From assembly GCA_009914755.4 (NCBI GenBank), contig CP086569.2, positions 2,752,001 through 2,816,000 on the forward strand: a stretch of 64,000 nucleotides of DNA, written 5' to 3'. A program made the position numbers and the translations under genes. This stretch comes from the human T2T-CHM13v2.0 reference genome, Homo sapiens. Shown in pieces: positions 38,091 through 50,400 of the stretch; the stretch's first letter is position 1; the number at the start of each line of letters is the position of its first letter. The notes under the pieces are model-generated. The model had not been told where the DNA came from and did not search any database. It saw nothing but the letters and a program-made list of their open reading frames with translations.

Positions 38091-40699
38091 TATCAACTAG
38101 CTCATACTTGGTTCTGTTTCTCTGGTAAACCCTGACAAATACAATAACTTTATAATGTACTTTGATATATTGAAGGTTGAATTCTCCCACGATATTTTCT
38201 TTTTCAACATACAATTGTATATGTTAGAATCACTTCTTTCCATATAGGTTTTAGAATCAGCATGTTGCTATTGTAAGTGATAGTTTTTTTAAATTATACT
38301 TTCCAGATCTGTGGCTGTTGTACAGAAATGCAATACGTTTATATGTACTGATTTATGTTCCCAAAATAGTGCTAATAGCTTAACTATTTTTACAGTTTAA
38401 TGTGTATGTCATTTTGCTTCCTCTCCCACATCAATTTCAGAAATTAATTTCCAAGTGCCCTTCAAATTCTGTTCAAATTTTGTTCGTCATATCACTTATT
38501 ATAAAAATAAGTGAGAGGAGATTTGACTTATTTTTATGCCTCTCTATTTATATAGATGTTTCTTGTTGATAATGAATAAAACTTTATACTTTTCTAGATC
38601 TTTTCAGGGTTATTGTTGCTATCTTAAATAAATATTTAAAGTGAATTTCCTAATTATTGGAGTAGACAATTGCTATTAATTTTTAGATTATGATTTTTTG
38701 GTTAAACTTTCTAATTAAATCTAATAGAGCATCTGTAGTTCTATTAGTGTTTCTATTCATACAATAATATCAGATGCATATAATGCATTACTGCTTTTCT
38801 TTGCATTTTTCTTGATGTAGTGAACTGGCTGAGCTTTCCAAGATGTGGTTGAACTGAAGTGAAGATAGAGAATTTTCTTCTATTTTTCCTCATTTAAATG
38901 AGCACAATTTTATTAGGTTACCATTATGAATGATGATTGCTGTTGATGTCTGAGATCTGATTTGTGATGACCATTAAAACCTTTTAAGTTTTTATTTCAG
39001 CCAAGAAATTTTGCTTGTTAATGTTTCCTTGACTGTTGTTCCTTATACTTTAAGTGAACTGACCTTCAATCTTTCTCTGTAACTCTTGATATTATCATAC
39101 AATTTTTTCATCAAGTCTCTTAAAGCGGTGAATGATGTTTGAAAATTTGCTTATATAAAATCACTCTTTAACCATAACGGTCATGATTTACTATATTTTT
39201 AAGGGTTTATTCAATTCTGTTTACTAATATTTTATTCAGAATATTTACTTCTAAATTCATAAGTAACATGGGTCTATATTTTTTAATACTGTAAGTTTCA
39301 TTTTGGTATTAAGATTTTATTTTTTATAGCATAGTTGAAGAATAATCTAATTTTTCCAATTTCTTTGACTAGTATATATAAAATTGGAATTATTTCTCCC
39401 TTCAAATTTTTGTAATAGTGCCCTACCAAATTTTAGATAAGCCACCAAAATTTGGATGATTAGAAGACCCCAATAAACAGGAATCTGGCATTGATCATGA
39501 AGATTATTTAGACCTACCAAAAAATCTTCTTTGTGTGAAGATTTTTTTTAAATTAAGCTAAATCAGGTTTCCTACTTGTTAAATCAGTTTTTGATATTTG
39601 TCCATATCATCTGAGTTTTCAAATTTACAGATATCAGTATTCTCATACTATGTTTTTATTCTCTTTTAAACCTCTTCTCTATTTGTGGTTATATCTTTTC
39701 ATTAGTATTAGTATTTCTTTGGAATTCTTACTTTTCTTAACTATTTGTTTAAACATTTTATCAATCTTTTCAAAGAACCAAATTTTTATATGTGTTAGTG
39801 TTATATTTTTAATAATTATATTAATATTGTTTTGAATGCAAATACCAGGCTTCTGGATAAGGGCAGGTTTATTATTATTATATACATAATAGTAGCTATG
39901 CTAATTTCCCTTTGCCTCAGTGCTTAACCCTAGCATAAAACTATGAGAGACAAATGTCATCATGTGCATATTGGAGTAGGTAAAAAATACCAAAAGTATA
40001 AATCTGGGCATTTATATAGAAGAGAGAGTTTCTTGTCATCCCCTAATGAAAGGAGAAAAATACTTTTCTCCTTGAGAAGAATTCTTAGTTTTTACTCTCA
40101 CACTTTGTAATGTAAATAAGTTTCTCCAGTAGAAAAATGAGACTAGTGTCTTTATAAAATGTCTCCATCTTTATAACCCAAGACATCTCTCTATAATCCA
40201 AAGTTTCATTCTCCTTTGAAATCTCAACATATATATTTTCAGAAGGAAACTACTTGTAGGTGGTCTGTCACTATTATCTGTCATAATTTAACTTCTAGAC
40301 TTGTTGATAAGTTCAGATTCCAAGTTTTAGTACGATTTACTAAAAAAAAACCTAGCATGCAGAAACAAAAATATTTTCTCTACAGCTTCACTTTGAGCTT
40401 TTGCTTTATTTTTCATGAATTTCTGCTATATACTTTATTATTTCTTTTATTCTTGTTTACTTGGTTTTATCTGTGTGGTTTTTAAGTTTTTAAGTTAGAT
40501 ACTTACCTTGTTTTTGGACTTTTATATGTATCTATGCATTGAAGCCATAAAATTCCTAAGTTAAGCTTATGCTATATTCCATGGCACTCTTCAATGTAAG
40601 TAAATTTTTTGCTGTCTTGTTAAATATTTCAACACTATTTTTAATAAAGTTATATTGCCATGTTCAGAAGAAAAAAAATCGAGAGTCAAACAAAGTTAC

Positions 40700-40790
40700 T
40701 TTTCTTTTTATTACAAGTGCTATTAATATACATAAGAAATTACAAGTTATTACAAGTGCTATTAATATACATAAGAAAAATATAACCAAC
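40700..40790. repeat. Local tandem duplication, ~37-bp unit x 2
   Basis: 'ttacaagtgctattaatatacataagaaa' occurs twice, ~37 bp apart: 'ttattacaagtgctattaatatacataagaaattacaagttattacaagtgctattaatatacataagaaaaat'. Confidence 0.85.
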
Positions 40791-41094
40791 TTCAGCCAGT
40801 TTCTGATATGAATTATACAAAGTGACATGATCAAGTGTTAACTACTAGTTTTAAATAGCTATGGCTATTTTGAAATACTTAACGCTTTTCACAATTGAAA
40901 TACTTATTGATATTTTCGAAGAATCATAGGCAGTTGGAAAAAATAACACAGAGATGGTTTTATAAATCTTGCCCAGTTTCTTCCTGATAACATTGTGCAA
41001 AATTATAGTATAATATTGCAAACAGAATTTTGACATTGATAACATTCATTGATCTTATTCAGATTTTCCCAGATTTGCTTGTCCTCATTCGTGT

Positions 41095-41408
41095 ATGTTT
41101 TCTTTTTCTTTTCTTTTTTGCTTCTTGAGACAAAGTCTTGCTCTATCACCCAGGCTGGAGTGCAGTGGTGTGTGATTTTGGCTGTCTGCAACCTCCGCCT
41201 CCCAGGTTCAAGGGATTCTCCTGCCTCAGCCTCCCAAGTACCTGGATTACAGGCATGTGCCAACAAGCTTGGCTAATTTTTATATTTTTAGTACAGACGG
41301 TGTTTTGCCATGTTGGCCAGGCTGGTCTTGAACTACTGGCCTGAAGCAATCCATCCGACTCAGCCTCCCAAAGTGTTGGGATTACAGATGTGAGCCACCA
41401 TGCCTGGC
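41095..41408 (-). mobile_element. Alu SINE (reverse) with TSD
   Basis: 'ttttcttttcttttttgcttcttgagacaaagtcttgctctatcacccaggctggagtgcagtggtgtg...gtgttgggattacagatgtgagccaccatgcctggcc'. The flanking repeats are 'tgtatgtttt' at 41091-41100 and 41411-41420. Confidence 0.9.
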
Positions 41409-41559
41409 CTTTGTATGTTTTTGTGCATGCTGACCTGTATACAATTTTGTCACACTTGTAAATTATGTGTTCACGCTACAGTCAAAATGATCAACTGCTC
41501 TAACATTACAAGAATCCCTTGCATTGCCCTTTTATAATGACAAACTCATGACTCCCACC

Positions 41560-42595
41560 CTCCTTTCTGTCTTAATCCTTAGCAACTACCATTCTGTCTC
41601 CCATTTTTAAAATGTTATAATTTCAAACATGTTATATAAGCCAGAAAAGTGGCATGAAGAACTCCAAGAATGTCCTTAGAGGAACAATCACAAATAACAA
41701 AAATTATTTCAAAATCATCATGCAAAGGGATTGCTGGGTTGAAAGGTAGTTCTGTTTTCAGAGATTTGAGGAATCTCCATGCTGCTTTCCACAATGGTTG
41801 AACTAATACCCAGAGGAATATATATATATATAATATATATATATAAAATATATATATTTTTATATAGATATATATTTATATATAGATATATAGAATTATA
41901 TCTATATATATATTTATATATATAGATATATAGAATTATATCTATATATATATTTATATATAGATATATAGAATTATATCTATATCTATATTTATATATA
42001 GATATATAGAATTATATCTATATATATATATTTATATATAGAGAGAGAATTATATATATCTATATATATATATATATATATATATATGTAATTCTACCAT
42101 AAAGACACATGCACGCAAATGTTCATTGCAGCACTATTCACAATACCAAAGACATGGAGTCAACTAAATGTCCATCAATCACAGATTGGATAAAGAATAT
42201 GTGGTATATATACACTATGGAATAGTATGCAGTCATAAAAAAGAAGACCATGCCTTTTACCAGAACATGGATGGAGCTGGAGGCTATTATTCTTCACAAA
42301 CTAACACAGAAACAGACAACCAAATACCACATGTTCTCACTTATAAATTGAAGCTAAATTATGAGAACTCACGAACACGAAAAAGGGAAAAACAGACACT
42401 GGGGTATACTTGAGGATGAGGGGTAGGAGAAGGGAGAAGCAGAGAAACAAATAACTATTGGATGCTAGGCTTAATACCTGGATGATAAAATAATCTGTAC
42501 AACAAATCCCTGTAACAAGAGTTTGCCTATATAATAAACCATTACGTAACTCCAGAACCTCAAATGAAAGTTTTTAAAAAAAGGAAGAAATTGCA
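41560..42595 (+). mobile_element. L1 LINE 3' portion (forward) ending in poly-A, with an internal TA-rich minisatellite
   Basis: '...gggattgctgggttgaaaggtagttctgttttcagagatttgaggaatctccatgctgctttccacaatggttgaactaatacccagagg' is from ORF2 C-terminal region. After the repeat block comes '...cattgcagcactattcacaataccaaagacatggagtcaactaaatgtccatcaatcacagattggataaagaatatgtggtatatatacactatggaatagtatgcagtcataaaaaag...ggtatacttgaggatgaggggtaggag...ctaggcttaatacctggatgataaaataatctgtacaacaaatccctgtaacaagagtttgcctatataataaacc...aaaaaaa'. Confidence 0.85.
41815..42090. repeat. (TA)n-based minisatellite, ~38-40-bp unit x ~5, flanked by pure (TA)n
   Basis: 'tatatagatatatagaattatatctatatatatattta' recurs; 'gaattata' at 41893, 41933, 41971, 42009. 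It ends with (ta)n and 'gagagagaattatatatatctatatatatatatatatatatatatatg'. Confidence 0.85.
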
Positions 42596-45194
42596 CATTC
42601 CAGGGCCTCCACACCTATGTTAGAGTAGAACTGCCCCACTGCAGAGGTCCAAGGCCTTAGCCTTGCCTTCCTCCTCTCAGCACGGTCTTGCTCGAAAGAA
42701 TGGCTGACTGAAACCTATATTCAATTTCTTTTATTCATGCATGCATATTATCTGACTTTTGTCTGCACATGTAGGGAACAGAATAGTTGAGAATCAAAAC
42801 ATAAAAATTAAATGAATAAAAATGAAAAGACTAGAGAAAATAAAAATAAGTAAAAACTATCATATAAGGTCTCTGGAAATTGTTCTAACTTTATGCAACA
42901 AGTGGAGAAATATTAGTCAAGAAAATATACTAACCTTTGGTAAGAGCAGCAAGGAGTTTGGGACATTTGACCCAGATTGGTATAGCCAAGAAATCAGGGC
43001 TTGCCCTGTGCCCTGCCCCAAGTCTAGGGTTATAATATAATATGTACCTCATAGAGGCAGGCTACAAGCATTTCTAATCTGCTCTATTTCATGTGGCAGA
43101 AGCTCTATTCTAGGCAAGAATATCTTGAAGGAATGAAGCTCTAGAAACAGCTAAAGAGAGTTCTTCTAAAACTGGTCTCATACCAAGGTAACTGTGCACA
43201 TAACCAGAACTTCACCACCTGATAAGTGATATTAGACACTCAGGGGAAATAGATTTCGCTGAACTAGTCTACTAGTCAAAGAAATTTAATTGTTTAGATT
43301 ACTAAACAGACAAATAAATAAACTTTTTGTTTTATTGATATTCTCTATTTTTTGCTATTATCTATTTTATTGATTTTTACTCTATATTATTTTATTCTTT
43401 TTGCTGTAATTTGGTTCATCTTACTCTTCATTTTCTAGTTCCTTATAGGGTAAAGTTAGGTAATTCATCTGGGATCTTTCTCTTTTTTAATGTATACATT
43501 TACAGTTCTTAATTTTCTTTAAAGTATTGCCTATGGTGCATCACATAAGTTTTGGTGTGCCGTGTTTTATTTTCACTTATCTAAAAGTATTTTCTAATTT
43601 TATTTTTTAATTGTTTTCGATTCAATAGTTATTCAAGAGTGGGTTGTTTTATTTTCGTGTGTTTGTGAAATCTCTAATTATTGTTATGTTGTTCACTTCT
43701 AATTTCAATCGATTGTGATCAGGTAAACTACTTTGTATGTTACAATCTTTTAAAATTTACTGAGCATTGTTTTGTGTCAGCAGATGGTATCTCCGTGACT
43801 AAGATTCATGTGCACTTGGGAAAATGTGTTTTCTGCTGATTTTGCATGAAGTATTCTCTGTAGGTCAGACAGGTCTTGGTTTATGGTTTTTCAAGTCCTC
43901 AGTTTCTTCGCTGATCTTCTTCTATCTTACTGTATTTATTTCTGAAAGTAGACTATGGAAGCCTTTAACTAATATTGTATTTAAAGATATCATCTTTGAT
44001 ATTTTTTCCCAAAATTGACCACATCTTTTTTAAGATTCTGTTGTGTGTGTATATATGTTTTATAATTATTATAAATGTTTAATGAATTGATACTTTTATT
44101 ATTATATTGCATCCTTCTTTGTCTCATGTAAAGATGTTAAAGTTGATTTTGCCTGGTATGAGTATAACTACCTTAGCTCTCATCTGATTAATATTTGCAT
44201 GGAGTATATATTTCCATTCTTTCAGCGCATTTGTGTTTTTGGATATAAAGTAATATATCTTGAATATATAGTTTTTATCTGGAAATTATACTTTAATAAA
44301 GCTGAGGAGACAATAAAGTAAATCTCTTGTAGTCAACATATAGTTGAATTATGTATATTTTATACATTTCTTTAATACCTACCATTTAATTGGAGAGTTT
44401 AACCTATTCAGTTTTAAATTAATTATTGTTAAAGAAAAACTGAATGCTACCATATTGTTGTTTATTTTCTGTAGGTTTTGTATCTCTTATGTTCTTTCAT
44501 TTGTTTATTACTGTCTTCTTTTGTGCTTAATTATTTTTATGTATACATTTTGATTCCCTTCTCATTTACGTTTTTGTGTGTTTATTTTATATTTACTTGC
44601 TTTTATTTGTATATACATATTCTTGTTTTTTTCTTAATGGTTACCTGAAGGATTACAATGAACATCTTAAATTTATAGAAATCTAATTTAAATTAATTCC
44701 AACTTAGGTTCAATATTACACAAAAATGGTGCTCCCACACAACTCTCTGTCCATCCTAATTTATGTTGCCATTTTGTTTATTTATGATGTACTAATTAAT
44801 ATAGATTTATTATTATTATCTTATTTGACTTTTATATCATATAGGAAGAAAGTGGAGTTGCCAACCAAAAATACAATAATAATGACCTTTATATTTTCCT
44901 GTGTAGTTATCATTTCTAGTATTCTTCATTTCTTCATAGGACTTGAATTTGTTCTCTACTGACCTTTCATTTCATCTTTTACCTGTTCTTATGAGTCATG
45001 TTTGCTAGTAACAGTCTTTCAGCTTTTGTTCATTTTGGAATGTCCTAATTTCTCCTACATTCTTGAAGGTGATTTTTGGTAGATATAGAATTTTTGCTTT
45101 ACATGGCTTTTTTCTTTCAACATTTTAAATATTTCATTCTACTACCCCTTGGATCATGGTTTCTAATGAGAAATTAGTGATTAATCTTTTTTTA

Positions 45195-45695
45195 TTTATT
45201 CAATATTTTAATTTTTAATCTTATGGGTACATAGTTGGTATATATTTATTGGATACATGAAATATTTTGGTAAAGGTATACAATGTGTAGCAATAACATG
45301 TGGGTAAATGGTGTATCCATCACCTCAAGCATTTATCATTATTTTGTGTTACAAACATGGCAATTTTACTGTTTTATTTAAAAATATACAATAAATTATT
45401 GTTGACTGTAGTAACCCTGTTGTGCTATCAAATACTAGATCTTATTCATTCTACCTAAACCGTATTGTTGTATCCATTAATCATTGCCTGATACCCTACC
45501 TCCCCACTACCCTTCTGAAACTCTGGTCACCATCCTTCTAATCTGTATCTTAATTAGTTTTTTTTTCTTTTCATTTTTAGCTCCCACAAATGACTGAGAA
45601 CATGACAAATTTGTCATTCTGATACTCTGAACCAGACCTCCAGTTTCATTTATGTTGTTGTAAATGACAGGGTGTCTTTTGAAAAGTCTACACAA
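45195..45695 (-). mobile_element. L1 3' end (reverse)
   Basis: '...cttatgggtacatagttggtatatatttattggatacatgaaatattttggtaaaggtatacaatgtgtagcaataacatgtgggtaaatggtgtatccatcacctcaagcatttatc...tagtaaccctgttgtgctatcaaatactagatcttattcattctacc...ttttagctcccacaaatgactgagaacatgacaaatttg...ccagtttcatttatgttgttgtaaatgacagg'. Confidence 0.85.
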
Positions 45696-45699
45696 ACTA

Positions 45700-47890
45700 T
45701 TTAGTTTTTAACCTCAAGGAACTAAAAAACAAATGAACAAACAAACAAAAAAACTAAGCCAAAAGTTAACAAAAGGAACAATATAGTAGTACAGGTTACA
45801 GAAGAAATAATTGAAAGAGAGAATAGAATAACAATGGAAAAAGAAAATAATTCACAGATCCTTTGAAAGAAGCAGTGCACTGCTGCAAATTCTGTGAAAC
45901 AGGTGAAAAACTTTGACTTCCCAAAGTGTGAGAGGGGGTAAACCTATCTCCAAAACACATCCCCACTGGGGAATTTAAAACTCTAGATCATGCAAGAAGG
46001 ATTTACCCTTACCTAGAGCTGAAACAGACTTAGGGAGTTGTGTGAAATATGAAAGTAGAAGTAGCAGTGGGAAGTGCCTTGCAGATACTCACAGTCTCCA
46101 GCTGGAGCCCAGGGAAGCCATCCTTGACTATACCTCACAGAGCCCCTCAGGAAACAGTCAGCAGAATTGGGGAGGTGTTTCATGGCAAAGGAAGCATCCA
46201 ACTAAAATTGGTAGTGGTTTTGACTGGGAACAATTTTTTTTCAGTGGAGTCTGGGGAACATTCAAGAGCCGCTGCAGATAAAAGTGCAGGAGTGCAGCAG
46301 CTGCCCAGACAAAGTGGGCAGATGAGGAGGAGCAAGGTTTGAAAAAGAAAGCTATGCTTGCGTTCTCAGCAGGGAAGCCCACAGCTTGGGGCAAGGTCTG
46401 AATGGGGCACTTGGGGACTCAGACTGGCTTTGTGAACTGCATGGAAGCTAGGTGAGGCCTCTCTCTATAGCCTATCCACCACTTCCCTGGTGAACTATAT
46501 GACACAGCAGAGATGACCAAGATCCCCTCTGGAACATAACCCCACTGGACTGAAAACCACTGCTAAATCACCCAAGTGGCTGTGGCAAGCCCTGCCTAAA
46601 GAGAGTTTGAGCCCAGATCTGCCTAACCTTGCCCACCTGATGGTATTTCTCTACCTGCCCTCATAGCCAAACACAAGAGACAGAAACTCTTGGGAGCTTT
46701 ATAGCCCTGCCCATCTCCTTAGAAATCAAAATAATCACCCTAGCCAACTTAGGGCAAGCTTAGAATCCCCACTACTGCTGCAGCTGGTGCTTTCCAAAAA
46801 GCACCACCTCTTTGCTGAAGGACAAAGAACACAGGCCACTACAGCAACTCATTACAGAATAACCCTGACCCAGGAAGGAAAATACAATACCTAATTTGAC
46901 TTCCTGCAACATCCTGGTTAAAGAGTTCCTGAGTGTGCTCATGTGACAACTTCACTGCTGGCATAGCCAGCATTTGAGAAAGCCAGCACACTTAACATAT
47001 CTACAACCAGACTCACGTAGTCTACTTCATTGCCCTGCCACCTCTACCAGAGGAGGTGCTGGTATCCATGGTTGGGAGACCTGAAGATGGATCCCATCAC
47101 AGGACTCTTTGCCGACATTCTCCAGCACTAGCCTGGCGCCTTGTAGCCCTGCTGGGTAGCTAGACCCAGAAGAGAAATAACAATAACTGCAATCTAGTTC
47201 TCTAGAAGTCCCATTCCATATTAAAAAATGCTCAACATCACTAATTATCAGGGTGATGCAAATTAAAACCACTATGAGATACTACCTTACTCCTGCAAGA
47301 ATGGCCATAATAAAAAAAATCAAAAAATAATATATGTTGGCATGGATGTGTTGAAAACGGTATACTGTTACAGTGATAGTGGGAATGTGAACTAGTACAA
47401 CCACCATGGAACATAGTATGAAGATTCCTTAAAGAACTAAAAGTAGAACTATCGTTTGATCTGGCAATCCCACTGCTGTGTATCTACCCAGAGGAAAAGA
47501 AGTCATTATATGAAAAAGACACTTGCACATGCATATTTATTGTGGCACAACTTAAAATTCAATAATATGGAACCAGTCTGAATGCTTATCAACCAAAGAG
47601 TAGATAAAGAAAATGTGGTATATATACACCATGGAATACTACTCAGCCATCAAAGGGAAAAAAAATAATGGCATTCACAGCAACCTAAGTGGAGTTGGAG
47701 ACCATTATTCTAAATGAAGTAATTCAGAAATGGAAAACCAAATATCGTATGTTCTCACTTATAACTGGAAGCTAAGGTATGAGGATACAAAGGCATAAGA
47801 ATGATATAATGGACTTTGGGGACTCAAGGGGAAGGGTAGGAGGCAGGTGAGGGATAAAAGACTACCCATCGGTATGTGGTCAAGTGATCT
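45700..47890 (+). mobile_element. L1-related composite (forward): ~1.5 kb of UTR/ORF1-like L1-associated sequence joined directly to the ORF2 C-terminal region and 3'UTR
   Basis: From 47230, '...tgctcaacatcactaattatcagggtgatgcaaattaaaaccactatgagatactaccttactcctgcaagaatggccataataaaaaaaatc...ccaccatggaacatagtatgaagattcc...gaaaatgtggtatatatacaccatggaatactactcagccatcaaaggg...gttctcacttataactggaagctaaggtatgaggatacaaaggcataag...ggggaagggtaggaggcaggtgagggataaaagactacc' is L1 ORF2 C-terminus through 3'UTR. I could not confidently classify the upstream part (45700-47230), which is continuous with it. Confidence 0.6.
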
Positions 47891-48730
47891 TCAACAAGGG
47901 TGCCAAGAATACACAATGGGGGAAGGATAGACTCTTCAACAAATGTTGTAAAAGCTAGTTATCCACAAGCAAAAAAAATTAAAAGTAGAATCTTATCTCA
48001 CAAACAAAAATCAACTCAAAATGTATTAGTGATTTATACATAAGACCTGTAACTGTAAAACTCCTAGAAGTCAACCTATGAGGGAATCTTCATGACATTG
48101 GGCTTGGGAATGATTTCTTGAATATGACACCAAAAGCACAGGCAATAAAAACAAAGAAAAAAGTGGTACTAAATGGAACTAAAGCTTCTGCACATCCAAG
48201 AAAATAACAGAATGCAAAGGCAACCTATGGAATGGGAGAAAATATCTTTAAACCATGTATCTGATAAGGGATTAATATTAATCCAAAATGTATGAGGAAC
48301 TTCTATATCTGAACAGAAAAAACCCAAATAACCAGATTTTTAAAAAATGATCCAAGTCTTGAATAGGTATTTCTATAAAGAAGATACACAAATTGTCAAC
48401 AGGTACATAAAAAGATGCTCAACAATACTAATCATCAAGGAAATGCAAATCAGATATTACCTCACATTTGTTAGAATGGCTATTATCAAAAACAAAACTA
48501 ATGTTAAAGTGTTTGTGAAAATGTGAAAACATTGGAAACGCATACATTGTGGGTAAAAATCCAAAATGCTGGAGCCACTGTGGAAAACAGTATGGAGGTC
48601 TCTGAAAAAGTTCTGAATAGAATTACCATACAATCCAGCAATTCCACTATTGGGCATATATTCAGAATAATTGATATCAGCATCTTGAAGAGATACCTAT
48701 ACTCCCATGTTTATTGCAGCATGGATTTAA
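47880..48730 (+). mobile_element. Older L1 (L1M-like) ORF2 C-terminal fragment (forward), abruptly truncated at 48730
   Basis: '...ctcctagaagtcaacctatgagggaatcttcatgacattgggcttgggaatgatttcttgaatatgacaccaaaagcacaggcaataaaaacaaag...gcttctgcacatccaagaaaataacagaatgcaaaggcaacctatggaatgggagaaaatatc...gatgctcaacaatactaatcatcaaggaaatgcaaatcag...gttagaatggctattatcaaaaac...gtgggtaaaaatccaaaatgctggagccactgtggaaaacagtatggaggtctc...ccagcaattccactattgggcatatattc...cccatgtttattgcagcatg' matches L1 ORF2p '...EENIG..DIGLGNDFLDMTPKAQATKAK...SFCTAKETIN...EWEKIFANH..SDKGLISKIYKEL...[44 protein letters not shown]...VQPLWK.VW.FLKKL..ELPYDPAIPLLGIYP.....Y..D.CTPMFIAAL'. Confidence 0.8.
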
Positions 48731-49600
48731 TAGGTGGGTCTTAGCCTATTTTGTGGGCTACTGTTCAAAGCACAGTTTAAGAGCCCTTGTGGTGGTGCCA
48801 CTGGAATTCTCAATGGCTCCCTCTGGTGCTGCCTAATGGCGTTAAGGGAGCTTCTCCAAGCTACGCTTCTGAATGTCTCTTGGTGGGGGATGGTTTTGAT
48901 ATGGGATTTCCCCAATGCTTTCTCCAACTATCTCTGCGTATGGGAGGAGGGTCTCAGCATGCAGGGACAAAGAGGCTTTCTGCCTTGGGCCAGTTGCTGT
49001 ACCTGTGTCACTAGCCCATCAACTATGATGTCTCTATGCCGGAGATGATAATCTTGAGCCTGTGGGTAAACATGCTTGCTGTGACTGTATCCCATTTTCT
49101 AGTTCTTCTCACCCTCGTTTCTATGTAGGATGGAAATATAGCCTTGGGTTTTTGGGGAAGAAGAGGTTTCTCATTTTTCAGCGCTGTCTCTTTTTCTATC
49201 TAGTAACTCTAGATAGAAATCACTGCTTTAGTGATTCTGGGCATGTGGATTGGGAAAGTCTCAGGCCTGGAAGAGACAGGATGCTTTCCTGCCAAGAGTC
49301 TCAATCAAATTGTCTGGCCCAAGATGCCAGGATCCCTTTATGTCATAGGGTCTTCTATTCATTCCCGAGGATGAAAAAAATGACCAGGGTGCCTTTTGCT
49401 GTTAGATTTGGAGTCAGGAAATCCTGGGCCTGGAAGGCCTTCCATTGTTTGGTGGGATGACCAAGACATCCTGCTTCTTTGTTGTTCCTCCATTTCTGGA
49501 GTCCCTTACCAGTTTTCCTTCTTCTTACCACCTTTCAGAATTTTTTTTTTTTTTTGGTTGCATCTTGGATTATTTCCAGGGTATAAAGTTGTGTTTAGTA
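48731..49600. other. Unclassified GC-richer ~870-bp block (probable unrecognised repeat or LTR) truncating the L1M
   Basis: The composition shifts abruptly relative to the AT-rich flanks. It contains a 132-aa ORF (49062-49460) with no recognisable domain, and it ends in a T-run (49542-49556). Confidence 0.3.
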
Positions 49601-49839
49601 AATAAGAGAAGGGAGAAATAACTCTATGCCATCTTGTAAGATCTATGATTAGTTAGCTTTTTTAAAAAAAATGTTATAATGATGACTTTGTAAATATTTT
49701 TCTGCACCTCTAGCAAGTTTTGTTTTGTGTATTTAAAGATGGTTTCATTATGTGCATACAAGTTCAGAATTATGAAATTTTCTTGATGAATTGGTCATTT
49801 CGTTATTCTAAATTTATTAGGTTTTTTTTATTGCTGACA

Positions 49840-50400
49840 TAAAACAACTCACCATAAACAACAACCATTCATTATTTCACATTTCTCTAAGTCAGAAGTT
49901 CAGGAGGCTCAGCTGAGATCAAGATGATGTAGGACTGTGTTCCTTAATGGTGATTCTCAGGAAAAGTCTACTTTCAAGCTTATTAAGGTTGTGGACTAAA
50001 TTCTGTTTCTTATAGGTATATGACTGAGATCCCTTATTCCTTGCTGTCAGCCAGGGAGGTTTTCTCAGCATCTAGAGGCCACCTATATTCTCTAAACCAT
50101 GACCCTCTTCATCTTCAAATTAGTGACAGCAGTTTGAGTCCTTCTCATGCTTCAAATTTTTTTGAACTCTCTTTATGCATCCTCTTTTGACACATCTCTA
50201 TTTTGCTTACAACCTAAGAAGATGCTCCACTTTTAAAGACTAATGTGATTAGATTAAGAGGAACTAAATAATCCAGGATAACATTACTACATTAAACATA
50301 TTTTTAATGTAATTTTGACCTTATAATTTAAAAAGTTCTTAGGTTCCAGTAATTTGGATGTGGAGATCTTTGGGGTCCATTATTCTGTATACTATATGAG
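49840..50400. repeat. Ancient LTR/MER-class interspersed repeat
   Basis: '...aagtcagaagttcaggaggctcagctgagatcaagatgatgtaggactgtgttcc...gcatctagaggccacctatattctctaaaccatgaccctcttcatcttcaaattagtgacagcagtttgagtccttctcatgcttcaaat...gactaatgtgattagattaagaggaactaaataatccaggataacattactacattaaacatatttttaatgtaattttgaccttataat...ggttccagtaatttggatgtggagatctttggggtccattattctgtatac' parallels a widespread mammalian repeat consensus ('..agtcagaagtccaaaatgggtctcactgggctaaaatcaaggtgtcagcagggctg..ttcc...tctagaggc.gcc..cattcc...tcttcaaagccagcaa......cttctca..c......gaccc.tgtgattacattgggcccacc.ggataatccaggataatctcc...ggacatctttgggggccattattctgcctac'). Confidence 0.5.

Noticed and set aside
49062-49460. 132-aa ORF as a protein-coding gene
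   Set aside because: It has no recognisable domain and is Cys/Phe/Arg-skewed. It lies in a compositionally distinct block ending in a poly-T that truncates an L1, so it is most likely an unclassified repeat. It is kept as a finding only because I cannot name the repeat.
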